DNA of 64,000 bases from Candidatus Iainarchaeum sp. (GTDB taxonomy: Archaea; Iainarchaeota; Iainarchaeia; Iainarchaeales; GCA-2688035), in NCBI GenBank assembly GCA_017610175.1, contig JAFCCO010000002.1, positions 1 through 64,000 on the forward strand, given 5' to 3'. Both the position numbers and the translations under genes were made by a program. The stretch's first letter is position 1, and every line of letters begins with the position of its first letter. The notes beneath the pieces were generated by a model that saw only the letters and a program-made list of their open reading frames with translations, had not been told where the DNA came from and made no database searches. Below are positions 29,100-38,027 of this stretch, piece by piece.

Positions 29100-29927
29100 A
29101 TGACACAGAGAAACAACATTCTCTTAATTGTAAAACAGAGCCCAGGAATTGACTACAATTCTTTGCTGAACAAGGTTTCAAGCAGTTACGGGAGCGTGAA
29201 CAGCGCAAGGGCAGCACTAAGCCGTGCGCTCAAGGACCTGAATGCTTTGGGAATGCTTAAGCGCAAGGGCAACAATTTCTTTGTTACTGAAAAGGGGGCG
29301 GCTGAAATAAGCGGTGAGATGAAGAACAAGCTTCTCATAAAGCTCAACCAAAGCCTTGCCTCCAAAAACCCTGTTGACGAGATAGACAAGGTTGTTGAAA
29401 TGCTTTCCACCCTAATCCAGCGAAGCAAGCAGGACCGTGACCTGCTAAAGGCAGCAAGGGGGAGCACTGAATTTTACTTAAGCGACCTTGCAGAACTGCA
29501 GACTAATTTGGGCAAGAGAATCCACACCCTACAGTATCTTGGAAAAATAATGGGCCAGCACATTTCCTCACTTGAAGAACTTGATTTCAATGACCGGCGC
29601 AGGCTCAGCCTCAATTCTGAATCCAAAAAAACAATTTCCAACTTAATTTCCGAAAGCGGACTCTCAGAAATTTCCGCCGAATTCAGAAACCCTGCATTGC
29701 TTGAAAAATTCTGTTCATCCCTTGCCCTAAAAAGCCAGGGAAACTCGGTTTCAATTGCCTCATCAAAACTTCCCGCGCTTTTGAAATTCATTGACGGCGG
29801 CGGGCTTGGTGAAAGAAACGCGGTAAGCATTTATCTTCCATCTCTAATACTCAGAATTGACGCCCCCTATGTTTACTTTATCGGCCCTTTTGGAAAGCTT
29901 GAGTCCCTGTTCGGGAAGGCACCTTAG
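29100..29927 (+). CDS. Winged-helix domain protein of unknown function
   Basis: N-terminal wHTH pattern (PGIDYNSL...SRALKDL.ALGML...FFVTEKG). Confidence 0.6.
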   Translation: MTQRNNILLIVKQSPGIDYNSLLNKVSSSYGSVNSARAALSRALKDLNALGMLKRKGNNFFVTEKGAAEISGEMKNKLLIKLNQSLASKNPVDEIDKVVEMLSTLIQRSKQDRDLLKAARGSTEFYLSDLAELQTNLGKRIHTLQYLGKIMGQHISSLEELDFNDRRRLSLNSESKKTISNLISESGLSEISAEFRNPALLEKFCSSLALKSQGNSVSIASSKLPALLKFIDGGGLGERNAVSIYLPSLILRIDAPYVYFIGPFGKLESLFGKAP

Positions 29928-29961
29928 TTTAAAAAATTTGTTTTACTTAAATTTATTGGAT

Positions 29962-30033
29962 GCGGCTATAGTCTAGTGGTTAGGATCTGAGCTTCCCAAG
30001 CTTATGACCCGGGTTCGAGTCCCGGTAGCCGCA
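29962..30033 (+). tRNA. tRNA-Gly(CCC)
   Basis: Acceptor GCGGCTA/TAGCCGC; anticodon loop TT-CCC-AA; T loop TTCGAGT. Confidence 0.95.
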
Positions 30034-30056
30034 CTTTTGCATGGAGATAGATTGAT

Positions 30057-30749
30057 ATGAAAACAATTGGTCTTATTGGCGGAATGAGTTGGGAGTCTTC
30101 GTTGGAATATTACAGAATACTTAACGAAACCGTTAAAGAAAAGCTTGGGGGCATGCATTCGGCAAAAAGCTTGATGTACTCTGTTGATTTTGAGGATGTT
30201 GAAAAACTGCAGTACAAGGGGGACTGGGAAAAATTAACTGAATTAATGGTTGAGGCTGCCAGAAATCTGGAGGCAGGCGGGGCGGATTTAGTAATAATTT
30301 GCACAAACACAATGCACAAGATGGCTGAGGAAGTTCAGGCCGGCGTAAAAATACCCTTGCTCCACATCGCAGACGCCAGTGCAGAAAAAATAATGGAAAG
30401 GGGAATCAAGACTGTTGGTTTGCTGGGTACAAAGTTCACGATGGAAGAAGATTTTTACAAGGGCAAATTAATTGAAGAATTCGGAATAGACGTTGTTATT
30501 CCCAGTGAAGAGGAAAGGCAAGTCGTTCACGATGTAATATACAATGAATTGTGTTTGGGAAAGGTTACTCCCGCTTCTAAAGAAAAGTTCAAAAAAATAA
30601 TTCAGAATCTGGTTTCCAAAGGGGCGGAAGGAGTCATTCTCGGATGCACCGAAATTCCCCTGTTAATTAAGCAGCAAGATGTGGAAATCCCCTTGTTTGA
30701 CACAACAGAGATTCACGCAAAAGCCGCAGTGGAATATGCATTAAGATAA
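30057..30749 (+). CDS. Aspartate/glutamate racemase family (YgeA/RacX-like)
   Basis: MKTIGLIGGMSWESS, CTNTMH, LGCTEIPLL. Confidence 0.92.
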   Translation: MKTIGLIGGMSWESSLEYYRILNETVKEKLGGMHSAKSLMYSVDFEDVEKLQYKGDWEKLTELMVEAARNLEAGGADLVIICTNTMHKMAEEVQAGVKIPLLHIADASAEKIMERGIKTVGLLGTKFTMEEDFYKGKLIEEFGIDVVIPSEEERQVVHDVIYNELCLGKVTPASKEKFKKIIQNLVSKGAEGVILGCTEIPLLIKQQDVEIPLFDTTEIHAKAAVEYALR

Positions 30750-30859
30750 AAGCCCCAGTCGAGTATCAGGATTTTCCGGTAAAGTTCATCGCTTCCAAGG
30801 TGGCCCTTTGCCATTTGGGAAACTATTGCACCTGCAGGGCAATTCTTGGTTCGCATGAA

Positions 30860-31699
30860 TTAACCTGAGTTTGCCTGTTCCGGAAAATTGTCCCTGATTT
30901 CTTTCACTATGCTTTCAATCATTTCAGGGTAAGTGTACTGCGGCAAATTTAATTCTTTTAATTTGCTTAAGTCCTCTGAAAAAATTGGGGACTGGCTGTC
31001 TTTGGCTTCGCCCCTGACTTCAATGCCAAAGGGTGAGAGAATATCTTTGGCCAAGTCAAACCGGGATTTTAATTCGGGAACTGCAATTGGAATAATTTCG
31101 TTTAAAATATCTGATTCAATAACTTTTGCGATTGTTTCTGAAATGTGTTTCAGGTAGGTTGGCTGAAATTTCCAGGAACTGTCATAAATTGCAGGCGTCT
31201 TCTCCAGCAAATTTTTAAGCAGCCTGTTGAACGGCCTGTCGTTTTTTGTATTCGGGCTGTATCCCTCAATCAGGGACGGCCTTAAGATATTGAATCCTGC
31301 GATGGTCTTTTTAACAAAAGTTTCGCCCGCCAGTTTTGTTTCCCCATAAAAGGTTGTTGGGTTAATGGCCGCAAAGGACGAGATATAAATCAATTTTGCA
31401 TTTACTGTGTTTGCTGCCTCAACAACGTTTTCAGTGCCATTTGCATTAATGCATTTTGCCAAGTCCTTATTTTTGTCGCACCAACCGCCGTTGGCGTTAG
31501 CTGCAACATGAATGATGTAGTCGGGGTTTGTTTCAGAAACAACGCTTGCAACATCATCCCTGCGGGTAATATCCAGTTGCAGCAGTTCATTAAATAATTT
31601 ATTGGAATTGTAAGTTCCAACGACCTCAAATTTGTGCTTTAAATCTGCGTAAATTTTTGCGCCAACATAACTGCTTGCGCCGGTAATTAAAATCTTCAT
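30860..31699 (-). CDS. RmlD-like NAD(P)-dependent sugar-nucleotide reductase (extended SDR)
   Basis: MKILITGASSYVG, LDIT, YISS, YGETK. Confidence 0.8.
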   Translation of the reverse strand: MKILITGASSYVGAKIYADLKHKFEVVGTYNSNKLFNELLQLDITRRDDVASVVSETNPDYIIHVAANANGGWCDKNKDLAKCINANGTENVVEAANTVNAKLIYISSFAAINPTTFYGETKLAGETFVKKTIAGFNILRPSLIEGYSPNTKNDRPFNRLLKNLLEKTPAIYDSSWKFQPTYLKHISETIAKVIESDILNEIIPIAVPELKSRFDLAKDILSPFGIEVRGEAKDSQSPIFSEDLSKLKELNLPQYTYPEMIESIVKEIRDNFPEQANSG

Positions 31700-31790
31700 A
31701 CTATATAGGAATTACTATCTGTATAAATAGTTAGTTGTCTGGCGGGCCGAACAGATTCGCATATGCGCTGGACGTCCACATTTCACTTTT

Positions 31791-32273
31791 TTAAGCAATC
31801 CCAAACAGGCCCAGGAAGAATGAAATTATTCTCTGGATGATTCCAATAAATCCAAATTTTATTGCGCTCACAAGGTCTGTTCCTTCATGCCTTATTTTTC
31901 CCGCTGCAAGCGCGTCCACTACTGCATCAATCGGCTCGTCTGCATCCATTATTTCCATTATTGTTTCTTCGCTGGTGTAAACTTTTAGTGTCGGTTCCTC
32001 AAGGCCGTTGTAAACAATTTCCTCTATTTTTGCATTCTTTGTTTTAACCCCGACTGTTTCCGTTGTTCCATTCTGCATTTCGATGAAAACGTTTGTTGTT
32101 TCATTCCCAAACAACTGTTTGAGTGTTTCAGGGATTTCCATTTGCTCAATGCTTGCGTTAACAAGTTCCTTGTTCTCTGAGAGTTCTGAAACAATTTCCC
32201 TTGGTTCAAAGGTTTCTGCAGCGGTTGCTACTGAAAGAATAAGGACAAAAAGCAAAAGAATACTTTTTCTCAT
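31791..32273 (-). CDS. Secreted/membrane hypothetical protein
   Basis: Signal peptide and amphipathic/hydrophobic C-terminus. Confidence 0.6.
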   Translation of the reverse strand: MRKSILLLFVLILSVATAAETFEPREIVSELSENKELVNASIEQMEIPETLKQLFGNETTNVFIEMQNGTTETVGVKTKNAKIEEIVYNGLEEPTLKVYTSEETIMEIMDADEPIDAVVDALAAGKIRHEGTDLVSAIKFGFIGIIQRIISFFLGLFGIA

Positions 32274-32329
32274 TTCTATTATTTAATGTCTTTTCTTGTT
32301 AAAAACAGTTTTCATTGCCTGTTCGGTTT

Positions 32330-33301
32330 TTATTCCTTTATTTCTGCGTGGTCAATCTGGCCGTCGCCGTCCAAATCCAGGCCTTCCACAACCTTTGCCT
32401 CTTCCTTTGAGTTGAATTCGTTTCCGCGCATTATTTCTTCCACGTTCTTAATCAGTGCAATAATTGCCGCCTTTGTTCCTGCATTCCTGTTTCCCGCAAT
32501 CAGCAGTATTTTCTTTTCCTCAAAGAACGGGTGCTTTACTTTCTCAATCAATCCAATCGCGTCCTCGCTGTAGTTTCGCTGGCTCAGCTCGCTGTGAACC
32601 AAATAGTGGCCGCCGCTTGGCGAAAATTTTACAGGAAGGTACTCGTTGAGTTCGCCGCAAAGCTTGTTTGTTATGGGCCCCCCAATCAGAATCAGGTTAT
32701 CATCTATTTTATCCAAAGCCTCAATCTGCGTATCAAGGAACACAAGCGGGAAAGAGAATGACTCAACCATGCTCCCAATGAATGCCGCCAGCTCAACCGC
32801 AAGGTGCGCATCCCTTGCCCTTGCTTTTGACGGGCCGTGGGGGTCGGGGGAGCCTATTACAATCTTGCAATTCAGCTTCCCGTTATGTATAAATGGATCC
32901 ATAAATTCCTTGAGTTCCGCGCTTAATTTCTTCTCAGGCCCCTGAAATGCCTCTGCCTCTTTTGAACGCATCTTTGCCTTCAGGTTTGGGACAAGTGCCA
33001 GCGCCTCAAAGCTTGGTTCATAATATTTTGCAAGAGCCCCCTGCTTTTCCTCGGTCTTATTTACTCTTATAAGTCCTGCTTTTTTCAGTTGTTTAATATA
33101 ATAGTAAACTTTCTGCTCATGCAATCCCATTTTTTTTGCCATTTCAGCGGGATAATGCGGCTTTTCAGCCAAAAGCCCGCATATTTTCCAGGCGTTTGCC
33201 CCACTAAGCGCTTTCAGCTTCTCGCTGTTTTCAAGTACTTTTGCGGGCATTCTTGCTCTCTTTCCGTCCCTTTCAATGCTTAAAAAATCTCCCAAAAACA
33301 A
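32330..33301 (-). CDS. ArsR-type HTH regulator fused to an S-layer-C-terminal-like domain
   Basis: PHYPAEMAKKMGLHEQKVYYYIKQL; IVIGSPDPHG; NLILIGGPITN. Confidence 0.75.
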   Translation of the reverse strand: MFLGDFLSIERDGKRARMPAKVLENSEKLKALSGANAWKICGLLAEKPHYPAEMAKKMGLHEQKVYYYIKQLKKAGLIRVNKTEEKQGALAKYYEPSFEALALVPNLKAKMRSKEAEAFQGPEKKLSAELKEFMDPFIHNGKLNCKIVIGSPDPHGPSKARARDAHLAVELAAFIGSMVESFSFPLVFLDTQIEALDKIDDNLILIGGPITNKLCGELNEYLPVKFSPSGGHYLVHSELSQRNYSEDAIGLIEKVKHPFFEEKKILLIAGNRNAGTKAAIIALIKNVEEIMRGNEFNSKEEAKVVEGLDLDGDGQIDHAEIKE

Positions 33302-33381
33302 ACACCTTCTAAAATTAATTATAATGGTATTACCAATAGATTAATAGTGGTATTGTTTGTTTTTTAAACCTTTTCAAGGAC

Positions 33382-34197
33382 CTAAATCCAGGGCAATTCA
33401 ATAACCCCTGCAAGCCAGAATCCCGCAAGCAGAACCGGCTGGTGAACCATGTAAATGAACAGCGAGTGCTTGCCAAGAAATGCGAGCACTTTAATTCCAA
33501 TTTTTTGGGAAAAATCAGGCAGGCTAAAGTTTCTTTTGTAATTGGTGTAAAGCCTTTTTCCAAACGCGATTCCAATCAGCACAACCCCAAACCACGGAAT
33601 CAGCGGAAAGTAGTCTGCGGTGTAAAATTCCTGCGGAATTAGTCCAACCCATAACAGCCAAGGGAAATCAACCCTGAAGCTGCGGAACCAGAATCCAAGA
33701 GCGATTGCAATCAATCCGGCAACCGCGTTCAGCCTCGGCCCCTGTTTTATGAAAAGCCATGCAAGAATTACCGCAACCCCAATAAAGTGCAGAATCCCAA
33801 ACACAATTGTAAAGTGTGGGATAAAGAACCAGGTTCCGGCAGTAATCAAGAGACCCCATGAAAAGACTCTTGCCCCCCTTTTCAGAAACTTTTCAAAAGC
33901 AGGTTTCCCGCCCGCTGCCTTAATTCTGTCAAAGCTGAGCACGAGTGAAATTCCAACAAGAAAAACAAATGCAGTGGCAACAGCCCTTGCAAACCACCAC
34001 CAGAAATCACCCTGGACAAGCTTCCAAACCCCAAGCAGCCTCAAATCTGTTACTGCATTGGACGCAACCATCAGGGTTATTGCAATCCCCCGTAGGGAAT
34101 CAACTTCCCAGAACCTTTTTGCTTCCACGCAATTAATTAGTGCTGAACCGAATTTAAACTCTTCATTTCCTGCGCTTTGCTTTCCTCGCCTGTTCAA
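33382..34197 (-). CDS. DUF1624 / HGSNAT-like membrane acyltransferase family
   Basis: RFWEVDSLRGIAI, FGILHFIG, DYFPLIPWFG, LGKHSLFIYMVHQP. Confidence 0.85.
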   Translation of the reverse strand: MNRRGKQSAGNEEFKFGSALINCVEAKRFWEVDSLRGIAITLMVASNAVTDLRLLGVWKLVQGDFWWWFARAVATAFVFLVGISLVLSFDRIKAAGGKPAFEKFLKRGARVFSWGLLITAGTWFFIPHFTIVFGILHFIGVAVILAWLFIKQGPRLNAVAGLIAIALGFWFRSFRVDFPWLLWVGLIPQEFYTADYFPLIPWFGVVLIGIAFGKRLYTNYKRNFSLPDFSQKIGIKVLAFLGKHSLFIYMVHQPVLLAGFWLAGVIELPWI

Positions 34198-35491
34198 CAG
34201 GTTTTTTTGCGCCTTCTTTTTCCCTGGTTTTAATTTTCCTAAGTTTCAAACCCGCAACCACTCTTTTGATTGATGCGCTAAGCTCGTTAATTTCCCTTAT
34301 TGCACTTTTCTCAAACTTGTAATCCAAATTGCCCTTTGAAATTTGGTCTGCGCTTTCAATCAGCTGGGCTGACTGCGAGGTAACAAAATGGGAGAAGATA
34401 AGGTATGCAATCAGGAAAATAAAAATAAGTCCTGTCGAAAGCATCAGCATGTAATTATTCAGCCTGGTTACCGGCCTGAAAATTTCATCAGTATCGTGTT
34501 CAACCAGTACAGTCCAGCTCAGGCCCTTAAGGCCATTGCGGCCGTTGGAGTGCGCATAAGTTACAAACTTGGTCACTCCCTTGGTTTCATCTTCAACATT
34601 AATCCAATAGCTGGACTCAGTTACGGGTCCCTTAATCTTTTCCAAAACTTTGGGTGAAAGTTTTTTGAATAAAATGAAATTTTCTTTTGTTGAGTAAATT
34701 GTTCTCCCGTCCTTTGTAATAAGAGTGAACTCCCTTGTTTTAGAGGGGAATTGCTCTCGGGGCAGATTGAGTTCACTTGCACCAAAATAGTCAATGATTC
34801 CAACCGTTTCCTCAATGTTCAGCACTGCTTTTAGCACTCCAAGAAAGTTTCCCTCCCAGTCATTCACCCTCACCGCTATTGCAACCGAGTAAATTTCAGA
34901 GCTTTCATCATACTCAATGTCCTCCACAAACAAACCATCTTCCACCGCTTTCAACCACCATTCCTCATCATTTTGTTTGTAATCGGTTGTTTTTCCTGTC
35001 TGTGCAATATTTGCCCCGAACTTGTTTGTTACAAAAATTTCCCCGTAAACAGGATAGTCATACTTTTGCTCGTAAAATTCTGTTTTCTTGCGCAGTTCAT
35101 CTGAAAGCTCGTTGCCTATAAGTTCACGCATAAACTCGCTTGTGCTACCTAATGGGACTGAGGTCCACAGCAGGTCCCTTTCATCAATTATGGCCTGAAC
35201 ATTTTCAATCTGTTCAAACTCTTTGTTTGACTCAGCCAATTCTGTTTGAAGAAAGCTGTCCTGGGAATAAATTAGCATTTCCTCTACTCTTGAATAGATA
35301 CTCCCATCAACCCTGTTGATTGCTTCCCGCGCAAGCTGAACGTTTGTGCTCCCAAAAACGTCAACCATTGCATTTTCGCTAATGGAAATAAGCAGAAAGT
35401 TGTTTACCAGTAGAATCAGTGCCAAGGCTATGAAACAAGCCCCTAAAATATAACTTAATTTGATGCTCTTGTTGGGTTGCTTTGATTCCAT
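34163..35491 (-). CDS. Membrane sensor with Cache and HAMP domains, no output domain
   Basis: TM1; EIFVTNKFG..YKQNDEEWW Cache motif; TM2; HAMP (ISKGNLD..EINELSAS); short basic tail. Confidence 0.75.
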   Translation of the reverse strand: MESKQPNKSIKLSYILGACFIALALILLVNNFLLISISENAMVDVFGSTNVQLAREAINRVDGSIYSRVEEMLIYSQDSFLQTELAESNKEFEQIENVQAIIDERDLLWTSVPLGSTSEFMRELIGNELSDELRKKTEFYEQKYDYPVYGEIFVTNKFGANIAQTGKTTDYKQNDEEWWLKAVEDGLFVEDIEYDESSEIYSVAIAVRVNDWEGNFLGVLKAVLNIEETVGIIDYFGASELNLPREQFPSKTREFTLITKDGRTIYSTKENFILFKKLSPKVLEKIKGPVTESSYWINVEDETKGVTKFVTYAHSNGRNGLKGLSWTVLVEHDTDEIFRPVTRLNNYMLMLSTGLIFIFLIAYLIFSHFVTSQSAQLIESADQISKGNLDYKFEKSAIREINELSASIKRVVAGLKLRKIKTREKEGAKKPVEQARKAKRRK

Positions 35492-35717
35492 TTTTGATGC
35501 GCTTACAGAATAAGATTTCTGCAAAAATATATACTGTTTTTTGTCTGTATAAAGCTTTCGTTTAAACATTTATGGTATTTTTTTTAGCGGTCAAATATTT
35601 TTCCAAACAACCAGGTTCAATTCGCCTTTTGCACCAACATTTTTTTCATAGCGCCCTCTGCTTTGGTTTTGCGGGCTTTAAATATAAGCGCGTGCACTTT
35701 TATTTATTTGATTTAGT

Positions 35718-37535
35718 ATGTGCGGGATAGTTGGATTTGTTGGAGAGAAAAACGTGGCAGAGTTGCTTCCTGCTTGCCTGAAAAAGCTTGACTACAGGGG
35801 CTATGACAGCTTTGGTTTTGCATTTCAAAACAACTCCCTCCTTTTGGTTGTAAAGCAGGTTGGGAGAATAACAGATTTCAATGGATTTCTCGCCAAAAGC
35901 GCAAGCATTGGAATCGCACATTCGCGCTGGGCAACGCATGGCGCGGTAACCAAAAAAAACGCACACCCCCACATTTCATGCGACGGAAAAATTGCAATAG
36001 TGCACAACGGAATAATTGAAAACCACTCCGAGCTTCGCGAAAAGCTTGCAAAAAAAGGGCACTCTTTTGCAGGCGAAACAGACAGCGAGGTTGCGGTTCA
36101 TCTTGCAGAGGAATTCATCAATCAAGGGCGCAGTTTCAGGGAAGCCGCAAGGGAAACATGCCGCTCTCTCAAGGGGGCTTTTGCCCTGCTTTTCATCAAC
36201 AGGGAAAGCAACGAACTCATTGCCGCAAGAAACGGTTCGCCCCTGATTTTGGGGCTAGTGGAAAACGGAACATTTGTTGCAAGCGATACAACGGCGTTCA
36301 TTGAATTTACCAAGCAGGCAATTTTCCTTGACGACGGGCAGATTGCGTTCCTCGGCAAGGAAATTGAGCTTGAGAATTTTAATACAGGGCAAAAGCTTTC
36401 CACAAAAATCTCGCACATTGAATGGGATGCGGAGCAGGCGCAGAAAAATGGATTCGAGCACTTCATGCTAAAGGAAATTTTTGAACAACCGGATGCAATT
36501 GAAAAATGCATTCAGGGGCGCATTGCAAACGGGCAAGCAGTTCTCCCAGAACTTGACTCCATTGCTGAAAAGCTGGGTAAAATAAACAGGATTGTAATTG
36601 TTGCGTGCGGAACAAGCTGGCACGCCGGCCTTGTTGCCGAATATGCATTTGAGGAACTCTGTGCCCTGCCTGTCGAAGTGGAGTACTCCGCTGAATTTCG
36701 CTACCGCAATCCGGTAATTGATGAAAACTGCCTTGTGATAGCAATTTCACAGAGTGGCGAGACCGCTGACACACTTGCCGCACTTCGTGAGGCAAAAAAG
36801 CACAACGCGCCGGTCCTTTCAATCTGCAATGTGATGGGCAGCACCATTGCGCGTGAATCAGACGCCGTAATTTACACACGCGCAGGCCCGGAAATTGGGG
36901 TTGCAAGCACCAAAGCGTTCACAACACAGCTTGCCGTGCTTAATCTTGTTGCCTTGTTCATTGCACTGCAGCGCAATTCAGCCCCTGAATCCAAAGTAAC
37001 TGATGCGTTGAACGGGCTGAAATCAATTCCAAATGCAATGCGCAAAACCCTTGAGCAAAGCAAAACGGTTGAGGCAATTGCCGGGCTTTACTGGGACAAG
37101 AGCAATGCGCTATATCTTGGGCGCGGCCCAAACTATCCCATCGCATTGGAGGGCGCACTTAAGCTAAAGGAAATCAGTTACCTTCACGCAGAGGGAATGC
37201 CTGCCGCCGAAATGAAGCACGGCCCGATTGCATTAATTGACAGCAATATGCCTGTTGTTTTCATTGCCGTAAAGGACAGGACCTATGAAAAGGTTCTTGC
37301 AAACATTGAAGAGGTCAGGGCGAGGAACGGCTGCGTTATAGCGGTCTCAAGTGAGGCTGCAACCGAAATTAAAAACCTTTCCGATTCGGTAATTTACATA
37401 GCTGAAACAATTCCCCTGTTCCAGCCAATGCTTTCAGTAATTCCGCTGCAGCTTCTTGCGTATCACATTGCAAAGAAGCGCAATTGCGACATTGACAAGC
37501 CGAGGAACCTTGCAAAAAGCGTTACTGTGGAGTGA
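35718..37535 (+). CDS. glmS: Glutamine-fructose-6-phosphate aminotransferase
   Basis: MCGIVG, HSRWATHG, SQSGETADT, PRNLAKSVTVE. Confidence 0.97.
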   Translation: MCGIVGFVGEKNVAELLPACLKKLDYRGYDSFGFAFQNNSLLLVVKQVGRITDFNGFLAKSASIGIAHSRWATHGAVTKKNAHPHISCDGKIAIVHNGIIENHSELREKLAKKGHSFAGETDSEVAVHLAEEFINQGRSFREAARETCRSLKGAFALLFINRESNELIAARNGSPLILGLVENGTFVASDTTAFIEFTKQAIFLDDGQIAFLGKEIELENFNTGQKLSTKISHIEWDAEQAQKNGFEHFMLKEIFEQPDAIEKCIQGRIANGQAVLPELDSIAEKLGKINRIVIVACGTSWHAGLVAEYAFEELCALPVEVEYSAEFRYRNPVIDENCLVIAISQSGETADTLAALREAKKHNAPVLSICNVMGSTIARESDAVIYTRAGPEIGVASTKAFTTQLAVLNLVALFIALQRNSAPESKVTDALNGLKSIPNAMRKTLEQSKTVEAIAGLYWDKSNALYLGRGPNYPIALEGALKLKEISYLHAEGMPAAEMKHGPIALIDSNMPVVFIAVKDRTYEKVLANIEEVRARNGCVIAVSSEAATEIKNLSDSVIYIAETIPLFQPMLSVIPLQLLAYHIAKKRNCDIDKPRNLAKSVTVE

Positions 37536-38017
37536 GTTTTATGGGTGATTTTGTTTTCAGGGAAGCAAGTGAAAGGGATGCAGGGGAACTTGCCGCACTC
37601 ATAATGCAGAACTACGATGTTAAATCAATTGAGGAAGCGCATGCCTTTTTCAAAAAGGATTTGGCGGGCGGGATGAATTACATTCTGGCTGAGAGCGCCG
37701 GAAAGCTTGCCGGCTTTGTGACCTGGAAAGAGCACGACCGCGCATACCACGAGCTTGCGGAGCTTCATGCAATCGCTGTTGACGATTCATTCAAGGGAAA
37801 GGGCCTTGCCTCTGACATGTTTGGCGCGCTGCTTGAGCATGCGAAGGGTTTTTATGGGCAAAACAACCAATCTCTTAGAAAGCTTTACGTGCTAACTCAC
37901 GCAACAAACGAGCGCGCGATTCGCTTTTATAAAAAAATGGGTTTCAAAAAAGAAGTAGTGCTTCCAAGCCACTACTACAAAGACGTTGACGAACTGATGC
38001 TTTCAATGTATTTCTAA
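37532..38017 (+). CDS. GNAT-family N-acetyltransferase
   Basis: IAVDDSFKGKGLA, NERAIRFYKKMGF. Confidence 0.85.
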   Translation: MSFMGDFVFREASERDAGELAALIMQNYDVKSIEEAHAFFKKDLAGGMNYILAESAGKLAGFVTWKEHDRAYHELAELHAIAVDDSFKGKGLASDMFGALLEHAKGFYGQNNQSLRKLYVLTHATNERAIRFYKKMGFKKEVVLPSHYYKDVDELMLSMYF

Positions 38018-38027
38018 CGGTGATTCT

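Noticed and set aside
29962-31790. Integrated element at tRNA-Gly (racemase and RmlD-like genes)
   Set aside because: No integrase and no duplicated tRNA 3' end seen.
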